DNA of 64,000 bases from positions 3,346 to 67,345 of the forward strand of contig JACIWA010000007.1 of NCBI GenBank assembly GCA_014361195.1, written 5' to 3'. The stretch's first letter is position 1. Each line of letters opens with the position of its first letter. The notes beneath the pieces were generated by a model. The model searched no databases, was not told the DNA's origin, and saw only the letters and a list, made by a program, of their open reading frames with translations. Positions 44,886 to 54,694 of this stretch are shown here, in pieces. The stretch comes from Thermoplasmatales archaeon (GTDB lineage: Archaea > Thermoplasmatota > E2 > UBA202 > JdFR-43). The translations under genes were made by a program, and so were the position numbers.

Positions 44886-45784
44886 TTGCTCACCTCCAAT
44901 AACCTTTTCTCTATTACCTGCTCCGGTTTGAAATTATCGAGTTGCAGATAAAAAGAAGCGACATCAATCAATGCATCAAGTGGAACCATCCCAACAATTT
45001 CGCTTGAAAGGACATTTACTCCATATCTCTCCGCCTCTCTTTTTATTGTCTCAAAAACTCTGAAAAGAGGTGTTTGCTTGTAATTTGTCATGTTCATTGA
45101 TACCTGCACAATATTTTTCTCTTTTATTTCAAATCCCATCGCTTTTACATATCTATACCCTCCACTGCTATGCCTTACTGCTTTCGCAATTTTTTTTGCG
45201 ATTTCAACATCATTTGTTGCAAGATTTACATTAAAAGCTATGAGAATTTCTCTCGCCCCCACAGCGGTAGCCCCAGCAGTTGGATGTATTGAATTCGGTC
45301 CATAATCAGGCACCTTTTCCGGATTTTTTCCTATTTCTTCTTTTAGTCCTTCAAATTCTCCTTTTCTTACATCCGCAAGATTTCTTCTGCTCTCTTTTTT
45401 TGCAGCTTCTTCATATAAAAAGCATGGAACTTTTGTTATTCTTGAAAACTCCTCCGCAAATTCATTTGCAATTTTTATGCATTCTTCCATTTTTGTATTC
45501 ATTATTGGAACAAATGGAACAACATCCATTGCCCCCATTCTTGGATGCTCTCCCTTATGTTTGTTCATATCTATTAGCTCAACCGCTTTTATTGCCATAT
45601 CAAGAACCGCTTTTTTAACTTCCTCTGGCTCACCAAGAATTGTTACATCTGTCCTATTATGGCTTTCATCAGAATGAATGTTTAATATTTTCACATTGTA
45701 TTTTCTTACTTCATTGATTATAGCATCTATTACTTCCTTATTTCTTCCCTCACTAAAATTTGGGACACATTCAATCAATTTCAT
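44882..45784 (-). CDS. Glutamate formimidoyltransferase
   Basis: MKLIECVPNFSEGRN start. 300 aa with two subdomains. Confidence 0.88.
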   Translation of the reverse strand: MKLIECVPNFSEGRNKEVIDAIINEVRKYNVKILNIHSDESHNRTDVTILGEPEEVKKAVLDMAIKAVELIDMNKHKGEHPRMGAMDVVPFVPIMNTKMEECIKIANEFAEEFSRITKVPCFLYEEAAKKESRRNLADVRKGEFEGLKEEIGKNPEKVPDYGPNSIHPTAGATAVGAREILIAFNVNLATNDVEIAKKIAKAVRHSSGGYRYVKAMGFEIKEKNIVQVSMNMTNYKQTPLFRVFETIKREAERYGVNVLSSEIVGMVPLDALIDVASFYLQLDNFKPEQVIEKRLLEVSK

Positions 45785-45915
45785 AAAAGGATATATAAGA
45801 AAGGGTTTTAAGGATTGCTATCAGATACTTTTTATATAAAATTGAAAATCAACAAACTTGTTTTAATCAAAAAGTTTATTTATATCTTATTAATTTACTT
45901 TAGGAGGCTGATAAA

Positions 45916-47577
45916 ATGGAAGGAAAAAAGATGTTGGCAATAATTTTGGCGACAATAGTGATTACTGGAGCGATGGGAGCAATTGCTGCAGACAAAACAA
46001 AAAACAGCGAGATAAAAAAAATAGAAAAAGTGAAATTAGAAAAAGCGGGAATAAAACCGCACATGGAAGTATGCAAAGAAGTAAAAACAGTGGAAAAGAA
46101 AATTATACCCATGCCTCTCGGAGATGTGCAAATAACCGCATTTGAAACAGATGAGATGCACCCCGCAATTGCAAGCGATGGCGCAGGAAACATATTGCTT
46201 GCATTTGAAGGCGATTTAAGAGGAGAAGGGACACCAAATGTATGGTTTACTTATGGAACAGGCGGAGGAACTTACTGGTGGGAAAATGCGGTTGCATGGA
46301 ATATAGAAAGTCCTCCAGAGAGACCTTCTCTTGATTACTGGGGAGGAAAAATATTCTTTGGGACAATGGTTCCGAGCCCATATGACCACGAAGGAGGTGC
46401 TCTTTATTTATTCTCTTGTGAAGATCCAACAGACTTTGAGACCTATATGTTGGTATATTGGGCTGTAGAAAACCTTGGAGCGGGTTACTATGGATTTGTG
46501 GATGTTGATATAGCATGCGACAATGCTTTCGAGAGCTGGGCATATGGAGGAATTTCAATACTCGGAGATCATGGAAGAGGAGGAGAAAAATTGACAGGAA
46601 CACCAATGTTTTCCTATCAATTCACAGAAGACGGATATGCATGGTTCTATTATTTCAGCAGTGCAGATGATCCATTCAGAATAGAAAAAGGACAATCAAC
46701 CGCATTTGATATTGACCCAGTAACTCATCTTGCATATCCAATATGGAATTATTTAAATGCAGAAACAGGTGTGCTTGACATGTATTTCTGTATATTTGAC
46801 TTCGGAAAATGGGATGAGTACCAAGGATATCCAATTCATCCAGATGTCAGAGACGGATTCATAAATACAACTGGAATAAATGACATGAACATAGATATTT
46901 CCGCATATAACAATAACATAATAATTGTCTCACAGACAGATGAATATGGAAGCCAGGATATAACATGCTACTATTCAAAAGATGGACTTCGAACAATTAA
47001 GAAGGCGATGATAGCGAATACAGGAGCAGATGAAATGTATCCGAGAATAATGCATGTTGGAGAAAATACTGCAATATGCATATTCGTAAAGAATGGAAAT
47101 CTATACTTCTCTCAAACTGAAGACGGAGGGGCAACTTGGTCAGAGCCAGTGAAAGTTAATGATGTTGATGGAACTGTTGCGGAAGAATATGATACCGCTG
47201 ATGTTTGCAAAGCGGGAGTAATATGGATGGATAACAGAAATGGAAACTATGACTTATTCTTTGATACCGCTGGGGCATTCCCAATTATTGGAATCCAGGA
47301 TATTTCTGGTGGGTTTGGTGCAAAAGCAACAATAGCAAATATTGGAAACGCACCCGCAAAGAATGTTGCATGGAGCATTGACTTAGAAGGAGGACTTGTT
47401 TTGTTAGGAAAGCATAAGGAAGGAATAATTTCAGAAATTCCAGCGGGAGCAACCACAACAATAAGCACAGGCTTAGTTCTTGGAATTGGAAAGACAACGA
47501 TAAAGGTAAAGGCAGGAGATGCTCTGGCGACAGCGAGTGGCTTTGTACTCGGCCCATTTGTGCTGGGCGTGAGCTAA
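45916..47577 (+). CDS. Secreted BNR/sialidase-like beta-propeller protein with C-terminal CARDB-like domain
   Basis: AGGAGG SD at 45902-45907. N-terminal anchor MLAIILATIVITGAMGAIAA. BNR motif SQTEDGGATWSEP. Composition is rich in W, Y, G and D, like the giant protein. Confidence 0.7.
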   Translation: MEGKKMLAIILATIVITGAMGAIAADKTKNSEIKKIEKVKLEKAGIKPHMEVCKEVKTVEKKIIPMPLGDVQITAFETDEMHPAIASDGAGNILLAFEGDLRGEGTPNVWFTYGTGGGTYWWENAVAWNIESPPERPSLDYWGGKIFFGTMVPSPYDHEGGALYLFSCEDPTDFETYMLVYWAVENLGAGYYGFVDVDIACDNAFESWAYGGISILGDHGRGGEKLTGTPMFSYQFTEDGYAWFYYFSSADDPFRIEKGQSTAFDIDPVTHLAYPIWNYLNAETGVLDMYFCIFDFGKWDEYQGYPIHPDVRDGFINTTGINDMNIDISAYNNNIIIVSQTDEYGSQDITCYYSKDGLRTIKKAMIANTGADEMYPRIMHVGENTAICIFVKNGNLYFSQTEDGGATWSEPVKVNDVDGTVAEEYDTADVCKAGVIWMDNRNGNYDLFFDTAGAFPIIGIQDISGGFGAKATIANIGNAPAKNVAWSIDLEGGLVLLGKHKEGIISEIPAGATTTISTGLVLGIGKTTIKVKAGDALATASGFVLGPFVLGVS

Positions 47578-47579
47578 TC

Positions 47580-47600
47580 TTTTCCCTTTTCTTTTTTGTA
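47580..47600 (+). terminator. T-rich tract after BNR protein gene
   Basis: TTTTCCCTTTTCTTTTTTGT lies directly after the stop codon. Confidence 0.35.
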
Positions 47601-47821
47601 TTTTGAAATTTAGAATAATTTAACGGAACTTTTTATAAGATGCGATTGCAGTTCCAGCAAGGATTGCATTAATTCAAATCAGGAACACCTTTTCTATCCT
47701 TTGCCCTTGCTATAGCATTTCTATTTTTAAAATCAATTTTTTCTGAAGCACCTTAAGCCAACAAATTGAAACCGCTGTAATCGCTTTTGAAAATATTCAT
47801 ATATCTTTTTTGTTTAATATT

Positions 47822-49138
47822 ATGCCAGTTGCATTGACAATTGCGGGGAGTGATAGTAGCGGTGGAGCAGGATTGCAAGCGGATTTGAAAACCTTTTCAG
47901 TTTTTTATGTACATGGAGTTTGTGCGGTAACCGGAATTACAGTTCAAAATACCTCTAAGATAGAGAAAGTTTATGATTTATCTCCCTCGCTGATAAAAAA
48001 ACAAATAGTTGCCCTTGCAGAAGATTTAGAAATAAATTCAGCAAAAACTGGAATGCTCAGGAACAGTAAGATAATAAAAGAAGTTGCAAGAACTCTTTCA
48101 GGATATGATTTTCCTGTTGTTGTTGACCCAGTTATTCTTTCAAAAAGTGGATATGAATTGCTAAAAGAAGATGCGATAGAAGATTTTATAAATTTTATTT
48201 TCCCTATTTCCTATCTCATAACACCAAACAGGTATGAAGCGGAAAAACTGAGCAATATAAAAATAAAAGGGAAAAAGGATGTAGAAAAAGCTTTAAAGAT
48301 TTTGAAGAAAGAAGGAGCAAACTCAATTTTGATAAAAGGAGGGCATTTTCCAAATAAGACAGATTATCTCTATCATGAAGGAAAAATTTTTGAATATAAA
48401 GGAAAGAATATAAAAGGATGCACACATGGAACAGGTTGCAGTTTTTCAGCAGCAATCACCGCAAATCTCGCAAAAGGAATCGAGTTAAGGGAAAGCATAA
48501 GAATAGCAAAGAATTTCATAGAATCCGCAATAATGTATGGAGAAAAAATTGGAAAAAGATGTCCGGTAAATCAAATTTCATGGTTAGGAAAGGATGCGGA
48601 AAGATGGAGGGTTTATGAAGAGCTGAATTTTTATTTGAATGAGCTTTTAAAAGAAAATATTTATGATTTAATTCCTGAAGTTGGAACAAATTTTGCATAT
48701 GCACTGCCAAAAAATTTTTTGAAGGATAAAAACGATATTTTAGCTATTGAAGGAAGAATAATAAAAGCGGGAAAAAGTTTAAGAGTAGGAGAAATAAAAT
48801 TTGGCACATCAAGGCATTTAGCAAGTGCAATAATGAAAGCAATGGAGTATGATGAAAGCAAAAGATGCGCAATAAACTTCAAATATGATGAAAATTTAAT
48901 AAGAAAAGCTGAAAAATTTTATAGAGTAGCTGGGTATGACAGAAGGAAAGAACCAGAAAATATAAAAAAGGAGGAGGGAAAAAGCATTTCCTGGGGAACA
49001 GAGGTTGCAATTAAAAAAGCGGGAGAGGTGCCAGATATAATTTTCCATAAAGGTGATGTTGGAAAGGAAGCAATGATAACAATTCTAGGAAAAAATCCAA
49101 AAGAAATAATTGAAAAAATAAGAAAAATAATTTATTAA
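47822..49138 (+). CDS. thiDN: Bifunctional hydroxymethylpyrimidine/phosphomethylpyrimidine kinase and ThiN-type thiamine-phosphate synthase (ThiDN)
   Basis: ThiD N-terminus ALTIAGSDSSGGAGLQADLKT and GTGCSFSAAI. C-terminal ThiN domain EVGTNFAYALP. Start chosen at ATG 47822. Confidence 0.88.
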   Translation: MPVALTIAGSDSSGGAGLQADLKTFSVFYVHGVCAVTGITVQNTSKIEKVYDLSPSLIKKQIVALAEDLEINSAKTGMLRNSKIIKEVARTLSGYDFPVVVDPVILSKSGYELLKEDAIEDFINFIFPISYLITPNRYEAEKLSNIKIKGKKDVEKALKILKKEGANSILIKGGHFPNKTDYLYHEGKIFEYKGKNIKGCTHGTGCSFSAAITANLAKGIELRESIRIAKNFIESAIMYGEKIGKRCPVNQISWLGKDAERWRVYEELNFYLNELLKENIYDLIPEVGTNFAYALPKNFLKDKNDILAIEGRIIKAGKSLRVGEIKFGTSRHLASAIMKAMEYDESKRCAINFKYDENLIRKAEKFYRVAGYDRRKEPENIKKEEGKSISWGTEVAIKKAGEVPDIIFHKGDVGKEAMITILGKNPKEIIEKIRKIIY

Positions 49139-49151
49139 TTTATATTTCTCT

Positions 49152-50498
49152 CTATTTCCCTCCATGCTTTGTTTCTCTTATCCTTACTTCCACAAATAGC
49201 GGGCAGGCAAGCGGGGAGCCAGCAACGATAGCAACCCCTACGGGAAGCATTTGAATTTCATTGGAAGAAGACGAATCAAGTCCTTCAACGCTTGAAGTGA
49301 TTGCTTTAAGGTCATTTGGATTGGTTGTTTTGAGGATTATGTGTGTGTTGCATTGAGATATAACATTTTTATCTATTCTTGCGGGGCGCTGTGTTAAAAT
49401 TGCTAATCCTATGCCAAACTTTCTTCCCTCTGAAGCTATATTTTTTATTATGTTACTTGCCATGCTTTTTCCCTGTCCTCTTTCCGGACAATATCTGTGA
49501 GCTTCTTCAATAACTATAAGCAATGGAGGAATTGAATTATTTTTCCTTTCTTCAAATATTCTTGTAAGGAGTATTGAAACGAGCATTTCCTGAATATAAG
49601 GCGGTACACCTTTCATATTTATTATTGAACATCTCCCATTTTTTACAATTTCATCCAATGGTGTATAATATTTAGAGAAAATTCCCATTGATTTTATCTG
49701 CTCCATTTGATTTATTAGTCCCCATTTAGCACTGCTTTTTGCATCCCTTATTTCTTCAAGAATATCATCTATTGTATATATTCTCCTCTGGCTGGCATTT
49801 TTCCATGCTTCATATAGCAATCCTTTCTGAACTTGAGTTGCCTCAGGAAATAAATAAAGAACGTCTTGAAATGATAAATTTACTTCATCGAGCAAGAGAG
49901 GAATTGCATCTCTGTTATTACTGCAAACAGGAGAGTATTCAAAAACATTTTTTGCATAACTTTTTGGGCTAACATCAAATTTCTTCATCAAATCTATCTC
50001 TTCAAAATTTGGATGGCGTAGCGATGTATATTCTCCATGTGGATCTATTATTAAGATTGCATTCTCCCTTTTTATAAATCCCTCTACAATTACTCCCATT
50101 GTATAGCTTTTTCCACTTCCGCTTTTTGCAAGTATGCATAAATGCTTTTGAATGAGTATTTCTGGAGATAGAAAAATTTTAATATTCATATCTTTAAGAA
50201 GACCTATATATATTCCCTCATCTCCTAACCCAATTATCTTCTTTATCGTTTCTTCATCCGCTCTATAAACTTTTTCACCAACGCTAAAAGGTGTTCTTAC
50301 CATATATCTTTCTTCAGTTGAGCCAATTATGTTTGCTTTTGCAAAAGTTCCATCGCTTCTATTAAAAATTTCCCATACTTGAGATAAAATTTTCTTTTCA
50401 TGAAAGACGCATACATAATCGAGCTTCTTTATTTCTTTACTTGCCTTAAATGTAAAATAAGAAGTAGTTCCCTCTACTATTTCACCAATTTCCTCCAT
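49152..50498 (-). CDS. HerA/DUF87-like P-loop ATPase
   Basis: Walker A ILAKSGSGKSY, Walker B LLIVIEEAHRY and an N-terminal barrel-like ~90 aa. No NurA-like gene is adjacent. Confidence 0.75.
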   Translation of the reverse strand: MEEIGEIVEGTTSYFTFKASKEIKKLDYVCVFHEKKILSQVWEIFNRSDGTFAKANIIGSTEERYMVRTPFSVGEKVYRADEETIKKIIGLGDEGIYIGLLKDMNIKIFLSPEILIQKHLCILAKSGSGKSYTMGVIVEGFIKRENAILIIDPHGEYTSLRHPNFEEIDLMKKFDVSPKSYAKNVFEYSPVCSNNRDAIPLLLDEVNLSFQDVLYLFPEATQVQKGLLYEAWKNASQRRIYTIDDILEEIRDAKSSAKWGLINQMEQIKSMGIFSKYYTPLDEIVKNGRCSIINMKGVPPYIQEMLVSILLTRIFEERKNNSIPPLLIVIEEAHRYCPERGQGKSMASNIIKNIASEGRKFGIGLAILTQRPARIDKNVISQCNTHIILKTTNPNDLKAITSSVEGLDSSSSNEIQMLPVGVAIVAGSPLACPLFVEVRIRETKHGGK

Positions 50499-51268
50499 TA
50501 TCCTATATACCTCAAATCTTCTCTTTCACTCTTCTCCTTTTCAATCATCGATCTTTCAATGCTTTTTATTTTCTCAGTAATTCTTCTCAGCTCCTCTGCT
50601 TTTTTATCCAAACTTGAAAGACTAATTTTTAACCCGAGAATTTTTGAAAGCACACTCGCAACTTCTCTTGCTGAATTTGGATCAACAATATATCCAGATG
50701 TTTCTCCCATAAGGCACGCCCCCCGCATCCCGCGCATTTTTCCCAGGCCCAAGAGCAAGCCAGAGGCGCCCACTATGCCCCCGCCCTCATCTTCCTTGAA
50801 TACAATCCCGTGTTTCTTAAGTTCTTCGACAATTTCAATGTCTGTTGCTGCACCTGTAACTCTTGGATGTTCTACTTCTACGCCAAGTCCATATCCTCCA
50901 AGGGTAAAAATCATTTTCACTCCAAAATTTTCTGCAATGTCGAGTATTTTTTCTGCAAGCAAATATTGTCCGTGAGGTGAAAGAGCCTGATAATCGCCTG
51001 TAAGGAGAATTAAATCTTTCTCTCCTTTATAGTAAAAAAATTCATTTTTTACCATTCTTACCACACCATTTGAGCCAATTATAACTTGAGGTGGAAAATC
51101 TGTAGAATATAGTTCCGCAAATTTCTTTGCTTTCATCTCCTCTATTAAATGCTCAACCGCCAGTTTTCCAACATTTCCTATTCCTGGCAATCCTTCAATT
51201 AGTATCGGATCCTTTAGCTGGGGTTTTTCCAAATATATTATTTTTATTTCTTCAAATTTTTTTGCCAT
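50498..51268 (-). CDS. PAC2-family (proteasome assembly chaperone-like, COG1938) protein
   Basis: PILIEGLPGIGNVGKLAVEHLIEE is the typical PAC2/PbaA-B N-terminus. It holds the conserved position after Nop10. Confidence 0.8.
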   Translation of the reverse strand: MAKKFEEIKIIYLEKPQLKDPILIEGLPGIGNVGKLAVEHLIEEMKAKKFAELYSTDFPPQVIIGSNGVVRMVKNEFFYYKGEKDLILLTGDYQALSPHGQYLLAEKILDIAENFGVKMIFTLGGYGLGVEVEHPRVTGAATDIEIVEELKKHGIVFKEDEGGGIVGASGLLLGLGKMRGMRGACLMGETSGYIVDPNSAREVASVLSKILGLKISLSSLDKKAEELRRITEKIKSIERSMIEKEKSEREDLRYIG

Positions 51269-51414
51269 ATTTTTTCCTCCTTTAACATCCTCCTATATTT
51301 TCCATATTTATCTTGAGGGGAGAAACGGGGAGGTTCCTTTCTTTGAGTTTCTGAATTGCAAACAGTACAATATTTTTTTAGGGTATATCTTCTGCATTTC
51401 TTACAATATTTCAT
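51244..51414 (-). CDS. nop10: H/ACA RNP protein Nop10; not in ORF track
   Basis: Manual translation gives MKYCKKCRRYTLKKYCTVCNSETQRKEPPRFSPQDKYGKYRRMLKEEKIWQKNLKK (56 aa). It has a zinc ribbon CxxC..CxxC plus the PPRFSPQDKY..YRR signature. ATGA overlap with the aIF2-alpha stop. Confidence 0.88.
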   Translation of the reverse strand: MKYCKKCRRYTLKKYCTVCNSETQRKEPPRFSPQDKYGKYRRMLKEEKIWQKNLKK

Positions 51415-52184
51415 TTCATTTCCCTTATGAATTTTCCATCCCCTTTATGCTTCTTTATATATTCAATTGCTTTATTTACATTTTCTTTTAATTTCTTCTC
51501 CGCTATCTTGTAATCAGGCGCAGTTACTTCAATTCTATATAGCGGGGCGGATATATACTTTACTCTAATTTTCAATTCATTCTCCTCCTCTATCTTTTCA
51601 AGAGCCTTTATTATATGATTTATTCCATCGCTAAGAGGGCATGTTAATTCAACATATCCGCTTATCTCCACAAAAGGAACTACTATATTTTGCTTTGCAA
51701 CCTCTATAAATGCATCAACCCACCCCGCATCGAATTCTTTCCTGAATTTTTTCTCATTTTTAACCGCTTCTTCAAATGCTCTATACAAATTATTATATTT
51801 TTTTATCAATTCCTCCTCTACTTCGTTATAAAATTCATCAAAATTCTTGCCTATTTTATTTGCAACTATTTCAAGCAATTTTTTTGCTTTTTGCTCATTT
51901 TTCCACTTCTCTATTTTTTCCCTTTTCTGATGCTCTGTAACTCTTTTCAATGATAAATCAACATATCCCTTTGATGGATCTACATTCATTACCTTACAAA
52001 CTATCCTTTGCCCTTCTCTCACATACTCTCTTATATTTTTAACCCATCCAGAAGCCACTTCTTTTATATGTAAAAATCCTTTCTTATCTGGATATTCTTC
52101 AAGCTTAACAAAAGCCCCAAATCCCTTTGCCTGTGTTACAGTACATATAACTAAATCACCCTTCTCAGGCAGATCTTTTGGCAT
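51411..52184 (-). CDS. eif2a: Translation initiation factor aIF2 alpha subunit
   Basis: S1 domain GDLVICTVTQAKGFGAFVKLEEYP...GFLHIKEV. 257 aa. Confidence 0.92.
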   Translation of the reverse strand: MPKDLPEKGDLVICTVTQAKGFGAFVKLEEYPDKKGFLHIKEVASGWVKNIREYVREGQRIVCKVMNVDPSKGYVDLSLKRVTEHQKREKIEKWKNEQKAKKLLEIVANKIGKNFDEFYNEVEEELIKKYNNLYRAFEEAVKNEKKFRKEFDAGWVDAFIEVAKQNIVVPFVEISGYVELTCPLSDGINHIIKALEKIEEENELKIRVKYISAPLYRIEVTAPDYKIAEKKLKENVNKAIEYIKKHKGDGKFIREMK

Positions 52185-52356
52185 ATTTTAACTCCGATAA
52201 TATTTCACCTTTTATTTTAGCCTTTCCACCTGTTGGATTAGCTAATATGCTCCCACAAACCTGGCACTGCACAGTTATGCTTGCTCTGCTGAATACTATC
52301 TGCACATTTCCACAATCCTTACATTTAACTTTATAAAAGCTGGACGGCATATTCAC
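52165..52356 (-). CDS. rps27e: 30S ribosomal protein S27e
   Basis: [40 protein letters not shown] carries the C4 zinc ribbon of S27e. Confidence 0.93.
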   Translation of the reverse strand: MNMPSSFYKVKCKDCGNVQIVFSRASITVQCQVCGSILANPTGGKAKIKGEILSELKYAKRSA

Positions 52357-52631
52357 CTCTTTATTTCAAATTTTTTAGCCCTTATTCCTTCTTTTTGATG
52401 AGCCTTTCCACATTCCTTGCATCTGTAGCGAAGATGGACTCTCTTTGTTGGCTTTTCTCTTCCCTCTGGCTTTGGTCTGGGATAGCCCCTATAACCAGCA
52501 GTGACACGCCTAAATCTTCTCTGTCCCCACTTAAGCTCGGATGCTTTCTTTTTCTTAACCCTCTCTATCGCATGCTCTGTATGATGCTTGCAATAGGGGC
52601 AGTATGTTTTTATTATTGCAGGTCTTATCAT
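52353..52631 (-). CDS. rpl44e: 50S ribosomal protein L44e
   Basis: [11 protein letters not shown]...[11 protein letters not shown] zinc-binding pattern and GQRRF..., 92 aa. Confidence 0.93.
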   Translation of the reverse strand: MIRPAIIKTYCPYCKHHTEHAIERVKKKKASELKWGQRRFRRVTAGYRGYPRPKPEGREKPTKRVHLRYRCKECGKAHQKEGIRAKKFEIKR

Positions 52632-52660
52632 GATGGTGTAATTAAGAAATAATATATAAA

Positions 52661-53914
52661 TTATATTGATTTCTTTCTTATCTCTTCAAGAATTTCCATT
52701 GCCCTATCCATTCTTATTTTTCCCTCATCAACCATCCTCTTTGCTACAATATCTATTTCCTCTCCTTTTGCTCCCGCCATTATTGCTATGTTTTGAGCAT
52801 GCAATTTCATATGTCCCGCCTGTATTCCTTTTGTTGCAAGAGCATATATTGCTGCAAAATTTTGAGCAAGTCCGACAGATGCCATTATTTCCGCAAGCTC
52901 CTTTGCTGTTTTTACCCCCATTATTTTAAGACATATCTTTGCCATCGGATGAACTTTTGTTGCTCCTCCAACTATCCCAACTGCAAGGGGCAACTTTATT
53001 TTTCCATATAAATCTCCATCCTCATTTTTACTCCAGGTTGTGAGTGGCTTGTATCCATGCATGCTTGCATATGCATGAGCTCCCGCCTCTATCGCCCGCC
53101 AGTCGTTGCTGGTTGCTATTGCCACCGCATCTATTCCATTCATTATTCCTTTATTGTGTGTTGCAGCTCTGAAAGGATCAAGGCATGCAAACTCATAAGC
53201 TTTCAAAACCCCATCAATTGCATCTCCTATTTCCTCTTTCTTGTAAATCACTTCCGCTTCCGCCATCCTGTAAATTGCAAGATTTGATATTATCCTGAGC
53301 AATGCTTTCCCGCCTGTTATTTTCTCTATTAATGGAGCGGTCGCCTCCGCCATTGTATTTACCGCATTTGCACCCATTGCATCCCTAACATCAACGAGCA
53401 GATGAACAACAAGCATATCATTGCTTAGCCATCTTACTTCAACATCTTTTGCCCCTCCTCCAAATTCAACCAGCACCTTATCCTGAGCATTTGCAAGCTC
53501 CAAAATTTCATCCTTCCTTTCAATTATTTTTTGCTCCGCATCACTGCAAGGATTTAAAATCTGTATCTGCCCTATCATTATTGGCTCGCTTGCCCTCGCT
53601 TTGAAGCCCTCAGGGCGCGCCATCCTCGCCGCATTTGAAGCAGCAGCCACAACAGAAGTTTCTTCAATTGCCATCGGAATAAGTACTTCTTTACCATTTA
53701 TAATGAAATTTGTTGCAATTCCTAAAGGTAGTTGCATGCATCCAACAACATTTTCAATCATTCTATTTGCTATATCTTTTGGAAGAGCATTGAAAGAAAT
53801 CAGCTTTTGAGCTTCTTCCTCGCTTAGCTCAGCAAACTCCTTCAAAAATTTAATTCTTTCTTCTAGATTCATTTTATAAAACCCAGGTATGCGAGATGAT
53901 TTCATGAGAAACAA
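52661..53914 (-). CDS. hmgA: HMG-CoA reductase, class II-type
   Basis: [18 protein letters not shown] start, short soluble form with no membrane domain, and [23 protein letters not shown] and GGATK motifs. The likely start is M at 53905. Confidence 0.88.
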   Translation of the reverse strand: MFLMKSSRIPGFYKMNLEERIKFLKEFAELSEEEAQKLISFNALPKDIANRMIENVVGCMQLPLGIATNFIINGKEVLIPMAIEETSVVAAASNAARMARPEGFKARASEPIMIGQIQILNPCSDAEQKIIERKDEILELANAQDKVLVEFGGGAKDVEVRWLSNDMLVVHLLVDVRDAMGANAVNTMAEATAPLIEKITGGKALLRIISNLAIYRMAEAEVIYKKEEIGDAIDGVLKAYEFACLDPFRAATHNKGIMNGIDAVAIATSNDWRAIEAGAHAYASMHGYKPLTTWSKNEDGDLYGKIKLPLAVGIVGGATKVHPMAKICLKIMGVKTAKELAEIMASVGLAQNFAAIYALATKGIQAGHMKLHAQNIAIMAGAKGEEIDIVAKRMVDEGKIRMDRAMEILEEIRKKSI

Positions 53915-54047
53915 TTTTATTTTAGTATAAATAATTAACCAATTTCTAGTCCTTCATTTTTTTTATTTTTTAAATTTTCTTATGGATCTGCCCATAGCAT
54001 TCCATTAGTTATATCATAATCTATCAAGGCATTATAGAAAAGATACT

Positions 54048-54420
54048 TTATGGAACATGTTTTCTAGCAGGTGCATATTCTCCAAATTTACGTTTGACCG
54101 CAGAGAAAGTGCTCTCAGCATACCATCTCTTCCTAGTTTACGGAAATCACATGCATACTTTTTGTTTTTTATTTTTAAATGTAGCACATGCATTTCTTCT
54201 GATTTTTATTCCTGCCATACAACGCTTTCAAGTTTTTGAAAATTATGAACTTTCCATTTATGTCGCATCTACTCACCTCTTCTTTTTCCTCTTATTGGGT
54301 TAAGGTGTTTCTTATTTGGAGTTTGCTTCAAATCGTAGAATAGTCTAGCACCTAAACTCACTAACTTAGATACCACTTAAAAATCCTTTCAGACCCTGTA
54401 ATCTACTTTTTCTTTTCATA
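54048..54420 (-). mobile_element. Degenerate IS transposase remnant (DDE, IS4/IS5-like C-terminal fragment, multiple stops and frameshifts)
   Basis: The minus strand encodes (T)RKRWYAESTFSAVKRKFGEYAPARKHVP-stop, matching the Y..RW.vE..FS..KR.FG motif of IS transposase C-termini. Upstream pieces (KIRRNACATFKNKK and LVSLGARLFYDLKQTPNKKHLNPIRGKRRGE) lie in other frames and are broken by stops. Confidence 0.5.
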
Positions 54421-54532
54421 TTTCCATCCCAAAAGTAAATAGGTTTAGGCTATTTTAATATTTATGCAAAAAAGCACAAAATGAAACAATTTTAAACCGA
54501 CAATTTTATATCTTCCTTCTCTTTTTCCAAAT

Positions 54533-54694
54533 ATGGCAAAGAAAAGCAGAAGCGGATTTCAGTCCGCTGCGGGTTTAGTAAGATATTTTGAAGAAGAAAA
54601 GACAGGTTTAAAAATTGATCCAAGAGTAATAGTTATTGTCTCAATTCTCACAGTAGTAGTTGTCAGTTTATTTAAAATCTTTTTCCCTCTCTAA
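54533..54694 (+). CDS. secG: Preprotein translocase subunit Sec61-beta (archaeal SecG); not in ORF track
   Basis: Manual translation gives MAKKSRSGFQSAAGLVRYFEEEKTGLKIDPRVIVIVSILTVVVVSLFKIFFPL (53 aa). It has the GLVRYFEEE motif and a single C-terminal TM helix. The stop abuts the next ATG. Confidence 0.85.
   Translation: MAKKSRSGFQSAAGLVRYFEEEKTGLKIDPRVIVIVSILTVVVVSLFKIFFPL

Noticed and set aside
44413-45677. Several 66-112-aa plus-strand ORFs
   Set aside because: All are antisense to the cyclodeaminase and formimidoyltransferase genes and have low-complexity composition.
47578-47821. Possible TPP riboswitch in the 244-bp leader of thiDN
   Set aside because: Neither the conserved CUGAGA nor the ACCUGAUCUGG.UAAU.CCAGCG core elements of the THI-box are present on either strand. 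Only a short direct repeat of ATTGCA was seen.
50400-50975. 191-aa plus-strand ORF
   Set aside because: It is antisense to the PAC2 and HerA genes, with S/P/F-rich low-complexity translation.
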